A DNA stretch of 64,000 nt from an uncultured Candidatus Saccharibacteria bacterium (GCA_964545165.1 CAZJEQ010000003.1:52990-116989), one strand, 5' to 3'. Shown: positions 38,983-48,621, counted from the first letter of the stretch. Notes: generated from the sequence alone by a model not told the origin. Translations and numbers: made by a program.

Positions 38983-39447
38983 TCACTTGGGCGCGGTCGC
39001 AATGAGCCCTGCTCCTGCGACCACTAGGATGATGCCCGCAAATGCTCGCCAACTCCAGGCTGCGGCGTCGAAGTACTGCGGCGCGCACCACGCGAGCACG
39101 ATCGCCGCGACGAAGGTCAGGGGGCTCGCGATGTTGGAGACCGCGACCGCAAGACCAGAATTCGGTGCGATCATCACCGCGTGGAAGAGCATGTTATTGG
39201 CGAGTCCACCAAAGACCAGCCCGACGCAGAGAATTCCCGCGACGATCTGCCATGAGGGGAAAAACTCCACCCGAGGCGTTGCGAGGCACAGTCCGAAGAG
39301 CGTGACAGAAACGGCGCTCCCCACGAAGTACCAGACCACGAAGACACTGCTCGGGACGCCGAAATTCTTACTGAAAAACGGCATGGCGAGCCACGCCGGC
39401 GCGAGCAAGAGGGCCGCGAGAGCAGATTGGGTAAGCCAGGTGGGCAT
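38983..39447 (-). CDS. Small DMT/EamA-like membrane protein
   Basis: About 5 hydrophobic helices; APNSGLAVAV; GAGGAGG Shine-Dalgarno upstream. Confidence 0.7.
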   Translation of the reverse strand: MPTWLTQSALAALLLAPAWLAMPFFSKNFGVPSSVFVVWYFVGSAVSVTLFGLCLATPRVEFFPSWQIVAGILCVGLVFGGLANNMLFHAVMIAPNSGLAVAVSNIASPLTFVAAIVLAWCAPQYFDAAAWSWRAFAGIILVVAGAGLIATAPK

Positions 39448-39530
39448 GAAGCCTCCTCAAATTTTGACGGCCCTGATTAGAGCACTATTTCAATAAGGTG
39501 TCGAGTCAAGCGAGAACCCTATAGAAATAC

Positions 39531-39562
39531 AAAACGCCACGGTCATCGAAGTCCGTGGCGTT
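39531..39562 (-). terminator. Intrinsic terminator
   Basis: AACGCCACGG/CCGTGGCGTT stem with a T-tract on the minus strand, after the stop at 39585. Confidence 0.65.
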
Positions 39563-39584
39563 CCTAAAGTTCAATTGTTCTGCT

Positions 39585-40217
39585 CTACGCCGGAAGCGGC
39601 TTGTAGGTGCCGGTGAGAACGCTGGCAATCCCGCGCAGCTCGAGCATGTCGCGAAAAGCGAGGTCGCCTTCGCCAAACGCTTCGAGCATGGACTGGAAGC
39701 GATCCGGGTCTTCGACGAGCAGGAACGCTTCGGCCGGCCATCGCGGAATGTGACGCACGTACAGACCGGACATCTGCGCCTCAAGCCGCGCAAGGTGATA
39801 CTTGCTGCTGACCAAGGCGTAGTTTTCAGGGGCGAATCCGCCCATCTCCCGCTCCATGACAGAATACGCATCCATCGACGTGGTGGTGCCGGATTGCGTG
39901 TGGGCAACGATCTCGCCGGCGGCACCGAAGTCCTTCTCGAGAATAGCCTTGAAGGCTTCGCTCCGGCTGATGTGCTCATCCGGATAGCGATCCTCCTTCC
40001 CGCCGATGATCACGATGCGGTCGGCGAAGCCAAGCCGGGTCATGGCGGCGATGCCACGAAAACGCAGCTCGCCGAAGAGACAGGCCGGCGAAGCCACCTT
40101 CAGCGTCGAGTATTGGAGCTCGGCACATCGAAAGCCGCTCTTGGCCTTGTCACACTTCTCGACTTCTGCAGTCATGCAGAAAGCAGTCAACTTCCGATTA
40201 AGCAGTTTCTTTGACAT
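39585..40217 (-). CDS. Hypothetical protein, divergent YdcF/DUF218-like
   Basis: Motifs IVIIGG, SEA, SGTT and LVSSKYHLAR. GAGGAGG SD and a TAGACA-17-CATAAT promoter upstream. Confidence 0.6.
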   Translation of the reverse strand: MSKKLLNRKLTAFCMTAEVEKCDKAKSGFRCAELQYSTLKVASPACLFGELRFRGIAAMTRLGFADRIVIIGGKEDRYPDEHISRSEAFKAILEKDFGAAGEIVAHTQSGTTTSMDAYSVMEREMGGFAPENYALVSSKYHLARLEAQMSGLYVRHIPRWPAEAFLLVEDPDRFQSMLEAFGEGDLAFRDMLELRGIASVLTGTYKPLPA

Positions 40218-40288
40218 CTCTACCTCCTCAACGAACAGGAGGGAGATTATGCCACCTAAATATACTTTTGTCTAGTAGTCACACGAGC

Positions 40289-41155
40289 CTATTTTTGGGC
40301 TTTGAGTGACTCAATATAGTCCTTGATGGAGTGTTCTGCTTTCCAGCCAAATTCTTTTTCGGCCTTCGTGGTATCACAGAGAGACTCCATGCGATTGCCC
40401 GGGCGCTCAGGCAGCATCACGATATTGTCGGTAAACATCTTGGCGACTTCCAAGACCGCAAATGATTCGTGCGAGCCGAGACCATACTCATCCCCCTGCC
40501 CTTTTTCGCCGACGAGCACGAGGCCGCGCGCGAGATCATCGACATGCGTAAAATTGCGCTTCTGCGTGCCTGGTGCGCGCACCGTGATCGGCTGATTATT
40601 TTTGTAGAGCGTCTTGAAAATACCGATCGCGGTCGCATACGGTCCTTCTGTCTCCTCGCGCGGCCCATACGCGTTGTAGAAATACGTGATCGCAAACGGG
40701 AGGTTGTACCAATGACCAAAATTGCGGACCAATTCTGTATTCGATGCCTTCATCCACGCATACGGCGATTGATCACGGCCCATGCCACCATCGGCGAATT
40801 TGGTCGATGATCCGGCGTACACGATCTTGCAGCCACGCTTTTTCCAATACTTGAGTACCTGGAAGGTGCCCTGCACATTGGACTCCCACACGGTGTCGAG
40901 ATCATTGAAGCTCTGCTCCACGCGTGAGTATTCACCGAGGTGGAAGATGATTGCGGGATTGAGATGCCCCGCGAGCTGTTCGATGTCCTTGGTGTGACCC
41001 TCGATGTACTCCGCTCCCGCGACGTGATTTTCTTTCTTGCCGATGAAGTAGTTGTCGAGCGATACGACGTGGTAATTCGGGAGGAGCAATTCGATAAGCC
41101 GCGAGCCGATCATGCCCGCGCCACCCGTGACCAGCACCGTCTGTTTCTCTGTCAT
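40289..41155 (-). CDS. NAD-dependent epimerase/dehydratase
   Basis: Motifs TGGAGMIG, SPYAWMK, YFYNAYGP and RNFTHV. Confidence 0.92.
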   Translation of the reverse strand: MTEKQTVLVTGGAGMIGSRLIELLLPNYHVVSLDNYFIGKKENHVAGAEYIEGHTKDIEQLAGHLNPAIIFHLGEYSRVEQSFNDLDTVWESNVQGTFQVLKYWKKRGCKIVYAGSSTKFADGGMGRDQSPYAWMKASNTELVRNFGHWYNLPFAITYFYNAYGPREETEGPYATAIGIFKTLYKNNQPITVRAPGTQKRNFTHVDDLARGLVLVGEKGQGDEYGLGSHESFAVLEVAKMFTDNIVMLPERPGNRMESLCDTTKAEKEFGWKAEHSIKDYIESLKAQK

Positions 41156-41173
41156 GCACGAAGCCTACACGGC

Positions 41174-42517
41174 TTAACGGCTTTCATCAATTATGTTCCA
41201 CTCACCTTTCTTGGCATGTTTGATGGCATACACGGCACCGCATGCGGCGAGCGACAGCGCGAATGCCGCCAGCCACCAGAGATAGCTGCCAGTATCCACA
41301 CTGCCCGCAGCAGCAAGCGAAGATGACGCCACGATGGATGTTGTTGTCGCAACTTCCTGCGGCCGTGCCTCCTCATCTACTCGAGACACCGTACTCGGCA
41401 CAAACGTGCGAGTGACCGCCGGTGGAGCAACGGTCACCGCGACTGACGGTGCGGGAGCAAATGCAGCAGGGGCAGCGCTCAGGAGTTCGGCGCGCATGCC
41501 GTTGGGGTACTGCAGTTCCGTCTGCGGTCCCACGGTAAAGCCGAGCGTGCTGTTGGGAATGCGGAGTGTTTCGCCTTCGAGAATAACGGTTCCGTCGGGG
41601 AAGACGAATGACCTCCCGAACGAGCGCACGAGCCACCGGGAAATATCGATGTCTCTCCCCGCTTCATTTCCTATCGAGATTGATCCATCTGCGTTCACGC
41701 TGAAGTGCAGCTCCGCTGGCTCAGCAGTGACGAGAATGCGGTCCGATGCCGCCGAGATATGTTGCGCAATCGTAAGGACGACTACGTACGTGCCGGGGTA
41801 TGAAAAGTTATGGAGAACGCTACTGCCATCCGCGACCGTGCCATCGCCAAAATTCCAATTGAAACGCACATTGTCGACAATCTCTTGATCGCGATTGTAT
41901 GCCCGTCCGCGAAATTCTGTGTCGGCTCCCACGATGACCATACAATTCTCACCACCATCGGCAAAGACGGCTGCGACGGGTGGTGCCACATACGAAGACA
42001 CGATCGTACTATTCGATGATTGCGAAGATGCGGTTGTCGAGGTGCTGGTTTGCGAATTCGTATTCTGATTGCTCGATGAGCCGCTCCCGATGGTGATGAG
42101 TTGCGTCGCGGTCCACGTCGCGCCTGCTGGATCCCAGCCCGTGCAGGTCGAGCCCGGGCGAAGCGCGGCTTTGACGGTGAGCGTAACGGTGCCCGAAGAG
42201 GCATCGCGGTAGTAGAAATTGCGGCGGAATTGGCTTGTCGAGAGCGTGAGCGAGAGTGCCGAAGTAGGTGTCGCTGGCCACGAGCTCTCGTTGGTCGAAA
42301 ATTCTCCCGAAGCAGACGAGGAGGTGACCTGCATACACACGCTATTACCGTTGACCGCGACGCCAGCAGCATCCTGCGCTTCGATCGTGATCTGCGCCGA
42401 TACCGTCGATGGTGCGACACTCTGCACGTCAGTCGTGAATGCGATGTGATCAATTGCCGCAGCTCCCACGAAAGACGGGAGCAGGAGTGCGACGAGGACA
42501 AGAGAGATCCTCCTCAT
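41174..42517 (-). CDS. Secreted, C-terminally anchored PKD-domain surface protein
   Basis: Signal peptide MRRISLVLVALLL, Ser/Thr linkers, PKD motif WNFGDG...H....PGTY and a C-terminal TM helix. Start at 42517. Confidence 0.82.
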   Translation of the reverse strand: MRRISLVLVALLLPSFVGAAAIDHIAFTTDVQSVAPSTVSAQITIEAQDAAGVAVNGNSVCMQVTSSSASGEFSTNESSWPATPTSALSLTLSTSQFRRNFYYRDASSGTVTLTVKAALRPGSTCTGWDPAGATWTATQLITIGSGSSSNQNTNSQTSTSTTASSQSSNSTIVSSYVAPPVAAVFADGGENCMVIVGADTEFRGRAYNRDQEIVDNVRFNWNFGDGTVADGSSVLHNFSYPGTYVVVLTIAQHISAASDRILVTAEPAELHFSVNADGSISIGNEAGRDIDISRWLVRSFGRSFVFPDGTVILEGETLRIPNSTLGFTVGPQTELQYPNGMRAELLSAAPAAFAPAPSVAVTVAPPAVTRTFVPSTVSRVDEEARPQEVATTTSIVASSSLAAAGSVDTGSYLWWLAAFALSLAACGAVYAIKHAKKGEWNIIDESR

Positions 42518-42591
42518 ATGTGCATTATGACGCACACCTAGTATGTGCAAGTGCTCATGGGGCATCGGATGTGGATTTTGCGAACCCCCTC

Positions 42592-42635
42592 CCCTGCAGA
42601 TATAAATACGCGGTCGCGTATTTATATCTGCAGGG
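42592..42635. repeat. Perfect inverted repeat with 21-bp arms
   Basis: CCCTGCAGATATAAATACGCG-GT-CGCGTATTTATATCTGCAGGG. Confidence 0.9.
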
Positions 42636-42687
42636 CAACACAGCAAAAGAACACAAGATCGATTTGAATACCAGGCAGCGCGGCCGC

Positions 42688-44607
42688 TTAATCGTTTTTC
42701 TGCAATATCTCTTTGAGCGTGCCGTGCGAGATTTCGCCATGGTGGCGATCGCGCTCAGGTGTTTCGGGGCGCGGTGGGCGGGGCTGCTCTTGACGCTCCT
42801 CGCGTGCCTGCTGCTGCGGTGGTGTATGCGGCTCAGATCGGGGCACAAAGGCATCACGCGCAGCCTGTTGCTCACGCGGTGCACGGTGCATCTGCTGCAC
42901 GGTCTGCGGTCGCGGCTGCTCGCGCTTCTGTTCCCGCTTCTCACGGAGCACATCGATAGGTGAGCGTGTCGGCATCGCGATAGGTGCAGCGGTGCTCTTT
43001 GCAATACCTTCTGCGCGCGCCTTCTCGATCGCGTCACGCAGCGAATTGCGCTCTACTTTCTCGCGCTCTGCACGTACTACGGGCGCCGGAGCGTGGGCCG
43101 TATCGCGTGGCGCAAATACGGCGCGCGATTGTGAGAGTGGTGGCGATTGGGTCACGGCGACCGCTCGCGCAAGGACCGCACGCGGCTCGGTCCCCTCGTC
43201 GCGGGGCCGCGTGCCATAGGCACTCCCTTTTCGCTCCTTCTTTTCCTTTGGGGGCGCAATAAATTCCAGCTGCTTATTGTTGGTCACTGCTTCAACATCC
43301 ACACGGACACGCCCGTATTGCGCGCGTGAATTCGTAACCACATCGTCACGGTACGTAATCGCCGGCGCCTCGATGGGCGGAATGGTCTCGGCAGAAAACG
43401 GCGCCGTACCCACCCCGTCGATCATGAGCGTGAGGTAGATCTGCCCGATGCCGAGGCCGACCAAATCTTCTGGGAGGAAGGTGGGCTTAAAGACCGTCTC
43501 GAGTACTTCGGCGTCAAACGGGCCCACGCGGAACACGATGAGTGTGCCGACGTTGCCGAACACGGCATCGCGCACCTCCTCTTCCATCTGTTCGATGTAC
43601 TGGTTGGCGAGTGTGAGTGCGAGTTTGTATTTGCGTGATTCTGAGAGAATGTCGGCGAAGGCCTCGTTCATCATCGACTGGAATTCGTCGACATAGAAAT
43701 AAAAGCGCGGCAGGCGCGCGAGGCGCGCTGCTGGCTCATCGGCGCGCGACATCGCAGCGAGATAGATCTTGACCGTGAGCATGGATCCCAAGAGTGCGGC
43801 GTTACTCTCACCCATGCGCCCCTTGGAGAGGTTGACGATAAAGATCTTTTTCTCGTCCATGATTTTGCGCAAATCAAACGAGGAGTGCGGCTGCCCGATA
43901 ATGTTGCGGATCAGCGGATTCGCGGTGAATTGACCAATCTTGTTTTGAATAGCCGGCGTCGCTTCGCGGGTATACGTATCGGTAAAATTCGCGAATTCGT
44001 CCGTCCAGAATGCTTTTACGATCGGGTCCGAGATCTTCTCAATCACGGCATTGCGAAAGGTCTTGTTGGTGAGCATGCGATTCACATCGAGGAGCGTTGA
44101 GTCCGGATACTCGAGCAGCGCGAGCAAGGTATTTTGCAGGATGTATTCCATACGTGCTGACCACGCGTCCACCCAGATACGCTTGAGCGCCCCCATGAGG
44201 CCAGAGACGACGAGGTGGCGCTTGTCGAAGCCGACATCTTCCATGACGTTGAAGCCGAGCGGGAAATCCGTATCAAACGGCGCAAAGTACACGACGTCTT
44301 TCACGCGGTGCTCAGGGATGAAATCGAGCAGCTTCTCAGCGGTCGAGCCGTGCGGATCGATAAAGGCTATGCCCTCGCCATTTTGGATATCTTGAATCGC
44401 CATGTTCTCGAGCATGGTCGATTTACCCATACCGGTTTTACCGATGACATAGACGTGCTTACCGCGATCTACTGCACGAATACCAAACATCTCGCGCTTT
44501 CCGCGCGTATGGGTCGTCGCAAAGTAGGTAATGCGACGCTCATCGTCGTGCTGATCCGGATGTACTTTCGGACCTGTATCGGGTGCATCATGATGGTCCC
44601 CAGACAT
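42688..44607 (-). CDS. VirD4/TraD/TrwB-like (type IV secretion coupling) ATPase with a low-complexity C-terminal tail
   Basis: Motifs HVYVIGKTGMGKS, FIDPHG, NLSKG, YVDEFQ and ESRKYKL..ANQY; Pro/Arg/Gln/Glu-rich tail. Confidence 0.88.
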   Translation of the reverse strand: MSGDHHDAPDTGPKVHPDQHDDERRITYFATTHTRGKREMFGIRAVDRGKHVYVIGKTGMGKSTMLENMAIQDIQNGEGIAFIDPHGSTAEKLLDFIPEHRVKDVVYFAPFDTDFPLGFNVMEDVGFDKRHLVVSGLMGALKRIWVDAWSARMEYILQNTLLALLEYPDSTLLDVNRMLTNKTFRNAVIEKISDPIVKAFWTDEFANFTDTYTREATPAIQNKIGQFTANPLIRNIIGQPHSSFDLRKIMDEKKIFIVNLSKGRMGESNAALLGSMLTVKIYLAAMSRADEPAARLARLPRFYFYVDEFQSMMNEAFADILSESRKYKLALTLANQYIEQMEEEVRDAVFGNVGTLIVFRVGPFDAEVLETVFKPTFLPEDLVGLGIGQIYLTLMIDGVGTAPFSAETIPPIEAPAITYRDDVVTNSRAQYGRVRVDVEAVTNNKQLEFIAPPKEKKERKGSAYGTRPRDEGTEPRAVLARAVAVTQSPPLSQSRAVFAPRDTAHAPAPVVRAEREKVERNSLRDAIEKARAEGIAKSTAAPIAMPTRSPIDVLREKREQKREQPRPQTVQQMHRAPREQQAARDAFVPRSEPHTPPQQQAREERQEQPRPPRPETPERDRHHGEISHGTLKEILQKND

Positions 44608-44613
44608 GCGAGA

Positions 44614-44737
44614 AGTATAACCTTGAAATTCTCAGCTGAGAATTTCAAGAGTTACACCCGGTCACACCTCTGCAGAGGTGTGACGTTGGGTGTCACCTTG
44701 GTCTTATCAGAGAATTTCAAGAGTTACACCCGGGCAC
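44614..44737. repeat. Double-palindrome repeat element, copy A, plus a partial tandem copy
   Basis: 28-bp palindrome at 44622-44649 and 24-bp palindrome at 44661-44684. Exact 24-bp direct repeat GAGAATTTCAAGAGTTACACCCGG at 44638 and 44710. Confidence 0.9.
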
Positions 44738-44765
44738 GTCAAGTGGGAATGCGAACAAGCAACAA

Positions 44766-46334
44766 TTATTCCGTTGGCAGCGATGCTGCGGGCGCGTATT
44801 GATTGCGTACAAAGGTGATCAGTTTGGCGACATCCCCCGATGAATCTCGCGAACCGAGCACCACGACCGCCAGCAAGCGATTTTGTGCACCGATTTTCAC
44901 GTCGTACACGCCGGCGTAGGTCTCCCCTGCGTCGTTGGTCTGTCCGATTTTGCCGCCGACAAAGGTACCGGGAACATTTTTGAGCACATTGAAATTCGCG
45001 ATTGATCCAAACACAGGAGTCCCATACGCAGAATCTTTGAGATCGCCCGAGGTTATCGAAAAGACGAAGCGCCGATTCTCGTGAATATATTTGAGGAGCG
45101 TAAAGAGATCTTCCGGTGTCGAGAGATCATTCTTGGCTCCCGAGGGATCGCTAAAGAGCGTGTGCGTGAGTCCGATCGCACGCGCCTTGTCGTTCATCAG
45201 CGACACGAAGCGCTCCCTGCCGATTGAACGCGCCAGTGTCTCAGCTGCCTCATTAGAGCTCTCTTGCAAGAGGAGGAACAATAAATCGTACGCACGGTAG
45301 TGCATCCCCGCTTTTAAGCGCGGGACAGAAGTATACACAATCGCCTCGCGGGGCACGGTCACTTCTTTATCAAGATTAATGTACTCCGTCGCGACCAGCG
45401 CAGTCACGAGCTTGGTAATCGAGGCAATCGGTGCGGTAGACGAGGCGGCGCTGTTCATCAAGACGGTGTGATTGGTGAGATCGGCGACGATATACCCACT
45501 CGCACTCACTGCCGGCCCCTTGAGCTGGTACGCGAAGGGGTCACGCGTCGGTGCCTCGTTGTACACCACGACCGGCATACCGACCGTGGCGAGCGCGTAG
45601 ACTTTTTTCGCATCCTCAGTCGAGAGGCGGATGCAGCCGCCGGAGTATGTCGACGAGACTGCTGTGCCATCGGCATAGTACGGCCAGCCGTGAATGAAAA
45701 AATTCCCTTGAAAATCCATGCTGTACGGCATGTACACATCGCCAAACGACGAAAGATGATTTTCTTCCTTGGTCTGAATCTTATAGATGCCCGCCGGCGT
45801 CTCCCACCACGAGCCCACCTTACCCTTGGCACCAATCGGTACTTCGAGTGCCGGTGCGCCATCGATATATACGGTGAGCCGCATTGCAGAGAGATTCGCA
45901 TCGACAAACGACGCCTTGGCACTGACGAGCGATTCGATGGTCTCACCGTAGTACCCCGGATCAGAGAGTGCCGGCAACGCACCGTATTCGAGCGGGAGTG
46001 TCGTTGACGCGGTCTGCGGCACTGATATCGAATACACCGCCCGAGGATTTGCATACAGATACGAGGCGGCGGCCGTCGCGAGACAAGCACAAGCAATCGC
46101 GGCGTAGGTCAAAAGCGCGCGATTGCTTCGCGGCGCCTTGTCTGACGCCGGTGGCTTAGGGGGCACCACCACGGCCGGCGCGGGTGCTGCGACGGGTGGC
46201 AGCGGTGTCGTGGCCTCTCGCAGCTCATCAGCTGTCCACCCTTCAAGCGCCAGGCGCTCCGAGATCACGCCGTCCGCCATGCCAAGTGCGCGATACTGCG
46301 CGATGCGCACAGCGAGATCTTCGACGCGTGTCAT
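44766..46334 (-). CDS. Membrane-anchored L,D-transpeptidase (YkuD) fused to a D-Ala-D-Ala carboxypeptidase (S11)
   Basis: TM helix; LDT motifs TPAG and IHGW...SGGCIRL; PBP motifs ASITK (SxxK), SSN (SxN) and GKIG (KTG-like). Confidence 0.88.
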   Translation of the reverse strand: MTRVEDLAVRIAQYRALGMADGVISERLALEGWTADELREATTPLPPVAAPAPAVVVPPKPPASDKAPRSNRALLTYAAIACACLATAAASYLYANPRAVYSISVPQTASTTLPLEYGALPALSDPGYYGETIESLVSAKASFVDANLSAMRLTVYIDGAPALEVPIGAKGKVGSWWETPAGIYKIQTKEENHLSSFGDVYMPYSMDFQGNFFIHGWPYYADGTAVSSTYSGGCIRLSTEDAKKVYALATVGMPVVVYNEAPTRDPFAYQLKGPAVSASGYIVADLTNHTVLMNSAASSTAPIASITKLVTALVATEYINLDKEVTVPREAIVYTSVPRLKAGMHYRAYDLLFLLLQESSNEAAETLARSIGRERFVSLMNDKARAIGLTHTLFSDPSGAKNDLSTPEDLFTLLKYIHENRRFVFSITSGDLKDSAYGTPVFGSIANFNVLKNVPGTFVGGKIGQTNDAGETYAGVYDVKIGAQNRLLAVVVLGSRDSSGDVAKLITFVRNQYAPAASLPTE

Positions 46335-46426
46335 GCCCCGATTTTATCATCCATCTCGAGGAATCTGGATAAAATCGATGAGGTGCAGCGTTCATGAACG
46401 CCTGAGTGGAGTGGTACCTGTAATGT

Positions 46427-47560
46427 CTATTGGTACTGAATGTAGAGGGGCTGTGGCGATAGCTTCAACAGTTCACTCGGCTGGAACATACCGGTCGACG
46501 GAGCGAAGAGATCGTTCTTATAGAAGAGCTTAAACCCGGTGAACTGCACAGGCTCTGGCACGATGACACGGGTATAAGTGCCGATCTTTTTGGCTTTGTC
46601 GCCCCAGCCGTCCATGTCCATCACAATCTGTACTTCCGGGAGCGGCTTAATGAGTCTGGTGTTGGTCACCATGTCCTGTGTAAAGCGGTGCACGATGAGA
46701 ATTTTTGGCGGGAGGTTATTCTCGCGCACCAATCGCGCCAGATATTCTGCAGCAAAATTAATATCCGCCGCATCAAACGAGCCAATCACACGCCCTGGCG
46801 GCGCTCCTGTTTTCATCGAGAACTCCGGATCCACACCAAGATGGACCTTCGGATTCTTGAGGTACTCCTCGTAGTGCGGCAATTCTTTCTGCAGTGTCGA
46901 GAGTCCCACCTGGAAATCGATAAACACGATGCCGTCGATCTTCTCTGCAATCGCGAGTGCTTTATCGATCTGGTCATCCGGCATGCGCAGCGTATACATG
47001 CCGTCTTTTTGCGGGAGGCTCTGCGCGGTTGTCACGATGTAATGAATAGCGGGGATGACCGGTGTCTTGGGATCCGCCGCTTCCCACTTCGCAACTTCCG
47101 CGCGCAATTTCTCGAGCATGACCGGCTCATCGTATTCGCCGAGCACGCCCATGCCACGCGAATAGAAATTGCCGTAGTACGCGACGATGCGATTAAACGG
47201 TAGGAGCGCACCTACGTTCGGATATGGTGCATTTTTGACCGGCCATTTGATCGCCGCTTTTTGCGCAGCAGAAGCGGTGGTCGATGCGAGGAGCGCGAGC
47301 GTCGTCGAGCTGAGATTGGCATTGGCGAGCAGCTTGGCGTCGTAGGCTTCACGATCAAGCTCAGGCGCACGCGGCTTGAGCGGTGTCGTAAATTGCCCCG
47401 TCGACGATGCACTGGCTCCCGTGCGATCAAAATTGACCGCATTGCCAAACATCAACGGTCCGAAAAAAACATAGATGAGAGATATCGCGAGCAGCGCCAC
47501 GCCGACATAGATGCCGAAGCGTGCTCCGCGATGCATCTCACGCTTTGATGCACGTGCCAT
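46427..47560 (-). CDS. Conserved membrane-anchored hypothetical protein (possible glycoside-hydrolase-like barrel)
   Basis: N-terminal TM; blocks VAYYGN..MGVLGE, LGVDPEF, IVHRF, MDGWG and GFKLFYKND. Start at 47560. Confidence 0.7.
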   Translation of the reverse strand: MARASKREMHRGARFGIYVGVALLAISLIYVFFGPLMFGNAVNFDRTGASASSTGQFTTPLKPRAPELDREAYDAKLLANANLSSTTLALLASTTASAAQKAAIKWPVKNAPYPNVGALLPFNRIVAYYGNFYSRGMGVLGEYDEPVMLEKLRAEVAKWEAADPKTPVIPAIHYIVTTAQSLPQKDGMYTLRMPDDQIDKALAIAEKIDGIVFIDFQVGLSTLQKELPHYEEYLKNPKVHLGVDPEFSMKTGAPPGRVIGSFDAADINFAAEYLARLVRENNLPPKILIVHRFTQDMVTNTRLIKPLPEVQIVMDMDGWGDKAKKIGTYTRVIVPEPVQFTGFKLFYKNDLFAPSTGMFQPSELLKLSPQPLYIQYQ

Positions 47561-47561
47561 G

Positions 47562-47759
47562 CTATTCGAGCGTGGTGTCTTCTTTGTGTGAGTGAGGTGC
47601 GCGCAAAATGCCAGCGCGACGACGTACCGCAATACCGAGGCCAATGACGATCACGCCGAGGATAAAGAAAATAACCGTGTCCCAACTGCTGGGGAAGCCG
47701 AGAAACGGAAGCAGTGCGACCAAGGCGCCTGCGAGCATGATGAGCGTATCGAGTGTCAT
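47562..47759 (-). CDS. Small two-TM membrane protein
   Basis: MTLDTLIMLAGALVALLPFLGFPSSWDTVIFFILGVIVIGLG; TATACT 6 nt upstream; abuts the next gene. Confidence 0.8.
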   Translation of the reverse strand: MTLDTLIMLAGALVALLPFLGFPSSWDTVIFFILGVIVIGLGIAVRRRAGILRAPHSHKEDTTLE

Positions 47760-47765
47760 GCCCGC

Positions 47766-47846
47766 AGTATAACCTGAAGATTCTCACCAGAGAATCTTCA
47801 GGGTTATGCCCGGTCACGTCCCTGCAGGGACGTGACCGGGCATAGC
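47766..47846. repeat. Double-palindrome repeat element, copy B
   Basis: Hairpin CCTGAAGATTCTC-ACCA-GAGAATCTTCAGG (47773-47802) and a 40-bp perfect palindrome (47805-47844). Alignable with 44614-44696. Confidence 0.9.
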
Positions 47847-47849
47847 AAA

Positions 47850-48542
47850 CTACTTTTCGACTATCACGACAAATTCGCCGCGCACGGCGCCGCGCTTCTT
47901 GAGCGATTTGGCGATTTCGAGTGGCTCGCCCGATACAAATTCTTCATGGAGCTTGGTGATTTCGCGCGCGATTGCAACTTTCTCGATACCGGCTTTGGCG
48001 AGCTCCTGCAGTAATTTCTCGATGCGGTGAGGGGATTCGAAGAGGACGACCGTGTATTCACTCGCGGCAATCTTCTTGATCGCGGTCTGTCTCCCCTTTT
48101 TGTGCGGCAAAAATCCGAGGAAGGTAAAGGCGTCACTTGCGAGTCCCGCGATCGAGAGTGCGGCGGTAACTGACGATGCTCCCGGCACCGCATCGATCAC
48201 GATCTCGGGCAGGTGCTCGCGCACATATGCGATGAGTCGCGCGCCCGGATCAGAGATACCCGGTGTGCCTGCGTCGGAGACGAGGACCACATGGTCACCC
48301 GCCTCGAGTCGCGCGCAGATTTCCTTCATTTTCTTGCTCTCGGTCGCCGCATCCATGCGCTGCACGGAGGTGCGGATACCGTAATGCGCGAGGAGCTTGG
48401 AGATGACACGCGTGTCTTCCGCATATATCACCGTCGCCTCCTTCAAATTCCAAAGGCCACGAAAGGTCATGTCACCCATGTTGCCGATGGGTGTGGCTAC
48501 GACGGAGAGTTTGCCCTGCGTTTCTTCTGAGTGCTCACTCAT
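47850..48542 (-). CDS. rsmI: 16S rRNA (cytidine1402-2'-O)-methyltransferase
   Basis: Motifs VATPIGN, AEDTR, VSDAGTPGISDPG, GFLP, FESPHR and REITKLHEE. Confidence 0.95.
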   Translation of the reverse strand: MSEHSEETQGKLSVVATPIGNMGDMTFRGLWNLKEATVIYAEDTRVISKLLAHYGIRTSVQRMDAATESKKMKEICARLEAGDHVVLVSDAGTPGISDPGARLIAYVREHLPEIVIDAVPGASSVTAALSIAGLASDAFTFLGFLPHKKGRQTAIKKIAASEYTVVLFESPHRIEKLLQELAKAGIEKVAIAREITKLHEEFVSGEPLEIAKSLKKRGAVRGEFVVIVEK

Positions 48543-48621
48543 GAGAAGACGCTACCATTAGACGATACGAATGTACATAGTCAAGGTTTTGTGGTACGGT
48601 CGTCGCGGCAAGGAGGAACCA

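Noticed and set aside
44638-44733. 24-bp direct repeat pair as a mini-CRISPR
   Set aside because: There are two copies only, and the intervening sequence is itself part of the palindromic element seen again at 47.8 kb.
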